From: Antedon mediterranea
Taxonomy: Eukaryota; Animalia; Echinodermata
Length of the DNA stretch: 64,000 nt
Direction of reading: 5' to 3'
Assembly: GCF_964355755.1 (NCBI RefSeq)
Contig: NC_092671.1
Location: forward strand, 17,670,001-17,734,000
Shown: in pieces, positions 63,223-64,000 of the stretch
How positions within the stretch are numbered: position 1 is the stretch's first letter
Layout of the letters: every line of letters starts with the position of its first letter
Translations under genes and position numbers: made by a program
Notes under the pieces: model-generated
Told to the model about the DNA's origin: nothing
Databases searched by the model: none
The model's input: the letters and a program-made list of their open reading frames with translations, nothing else

Positions 63223-63670
63223 ATGTATACAGTGTGATAATCGTACGGTTTTTAACAAAATATCTAGATATCTATTTATGTAATTGATTTGTTTGATGAT
63301 ACAAAATTTTATGCAATTATTTTTTAAAACTGCATAATTAAGCTTGTTACTTCTGTTTTTAAATAGTTTTTAAGTATAATTAGGAACGAATGAAGGACAT
63401 GAAATACACTAAAGAATATTGCGTTGGATATTAATCTGTTTATCGTAATGTATTTATGTTGTTTAATATGTTGAACAAAAGTTCATTGTTATACCTCGGA
63501 TATGGGCATTGGTGAAGGGTATGGAGTGATGGAGAGGGGTTGTTGATAGTGATTTTTGTCATTTAATGAAGAGTTCTGCTTTATATATGGTACAAATATA
63601 TTGAAAATGTATCCTATATAAGTTTTCGGTGAAGGGAGGGTTTTGCATTTTTTCTTCAACTACACTTAAA

Positions 63671-63676
63671 AATAAA
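63671..63676 (+). terminator. Candidate polyadenylation signal AATAAA in the 3' UTR
   Basis: AATAAA about 450 nt after the stop. Weak evidence in AT-rich DNA; the UTR may extend further. Confidence 0.25.
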
Positions 63677-64000
63677 AGTAATTTGTTTAACTTCTGTTGA
63701 CAGTAACAAAACATGCGTGAAAAAATTATGTTGCAACTATCAAACTAGATGTTAATACCAAAGTATGTGTTACTTGAAATTTCCCTGTTGTTTTTAAACG
63801 TGAATGTTTTAAAAAGCATACATTTACCTGTACAAGTTTTTAATATACAAGATTGCATGTTTGGATTATGTTGATATAAAGTTTGCGGTACACCACGCAT
63901 GTAGTTCTAAAAAGAACTGTTGAGTTTCTCGACTTTTTTATCACTATGCTTCGATCGAGGAGTAAGAGTACAGGAGTGTGGGAGTGAAGACAATTGAAGA

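Overview
AT-rich animal genomic DNA, probably from an invertebrate deuterostome (inference). The window is occupied by one complete + strand EGF receptor (EGFR/ErbB) gene. I reconstructed it by hand from GT-AG boundaries and reading phase: a signal-peptide exon at 12554-12632, a 19.5 kb first intron, and about 30 coding exons ending at the stop at 63222, giving about 1480 aa. The protein runs L1 - Cys-rich II - L2 - extended Cys-rich IV/V - TM - intact tyrosine kinase - tyrosine-rich tail ending in a PDZ-binding ESTV. The standout observation is a pair of tandem, homologous but strongly diverged exons (37670-37878 and 37957-38168). Each encodes the C-terminal half of ligand-binding domain III, both have identical 2/1 phases, and they sit 78 nt apart. 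They look like mutually exclusive exons that swap the ligand-binding surface, analogous to FGFR IIIb/IIIc. Other isoform candidates are a second signal-peptide first exon (28181-28241), a 36-nt juxtamembrane exon in a UGCAUG cluster and a 90-nt tail exon with tandem YQPL motifs. The introns carry many MITEs, SINEs (one with a 5S rRNA-derived head) and tandem repeats. No expression data or database searches were available, so all splicing claims are inferences from sequence.
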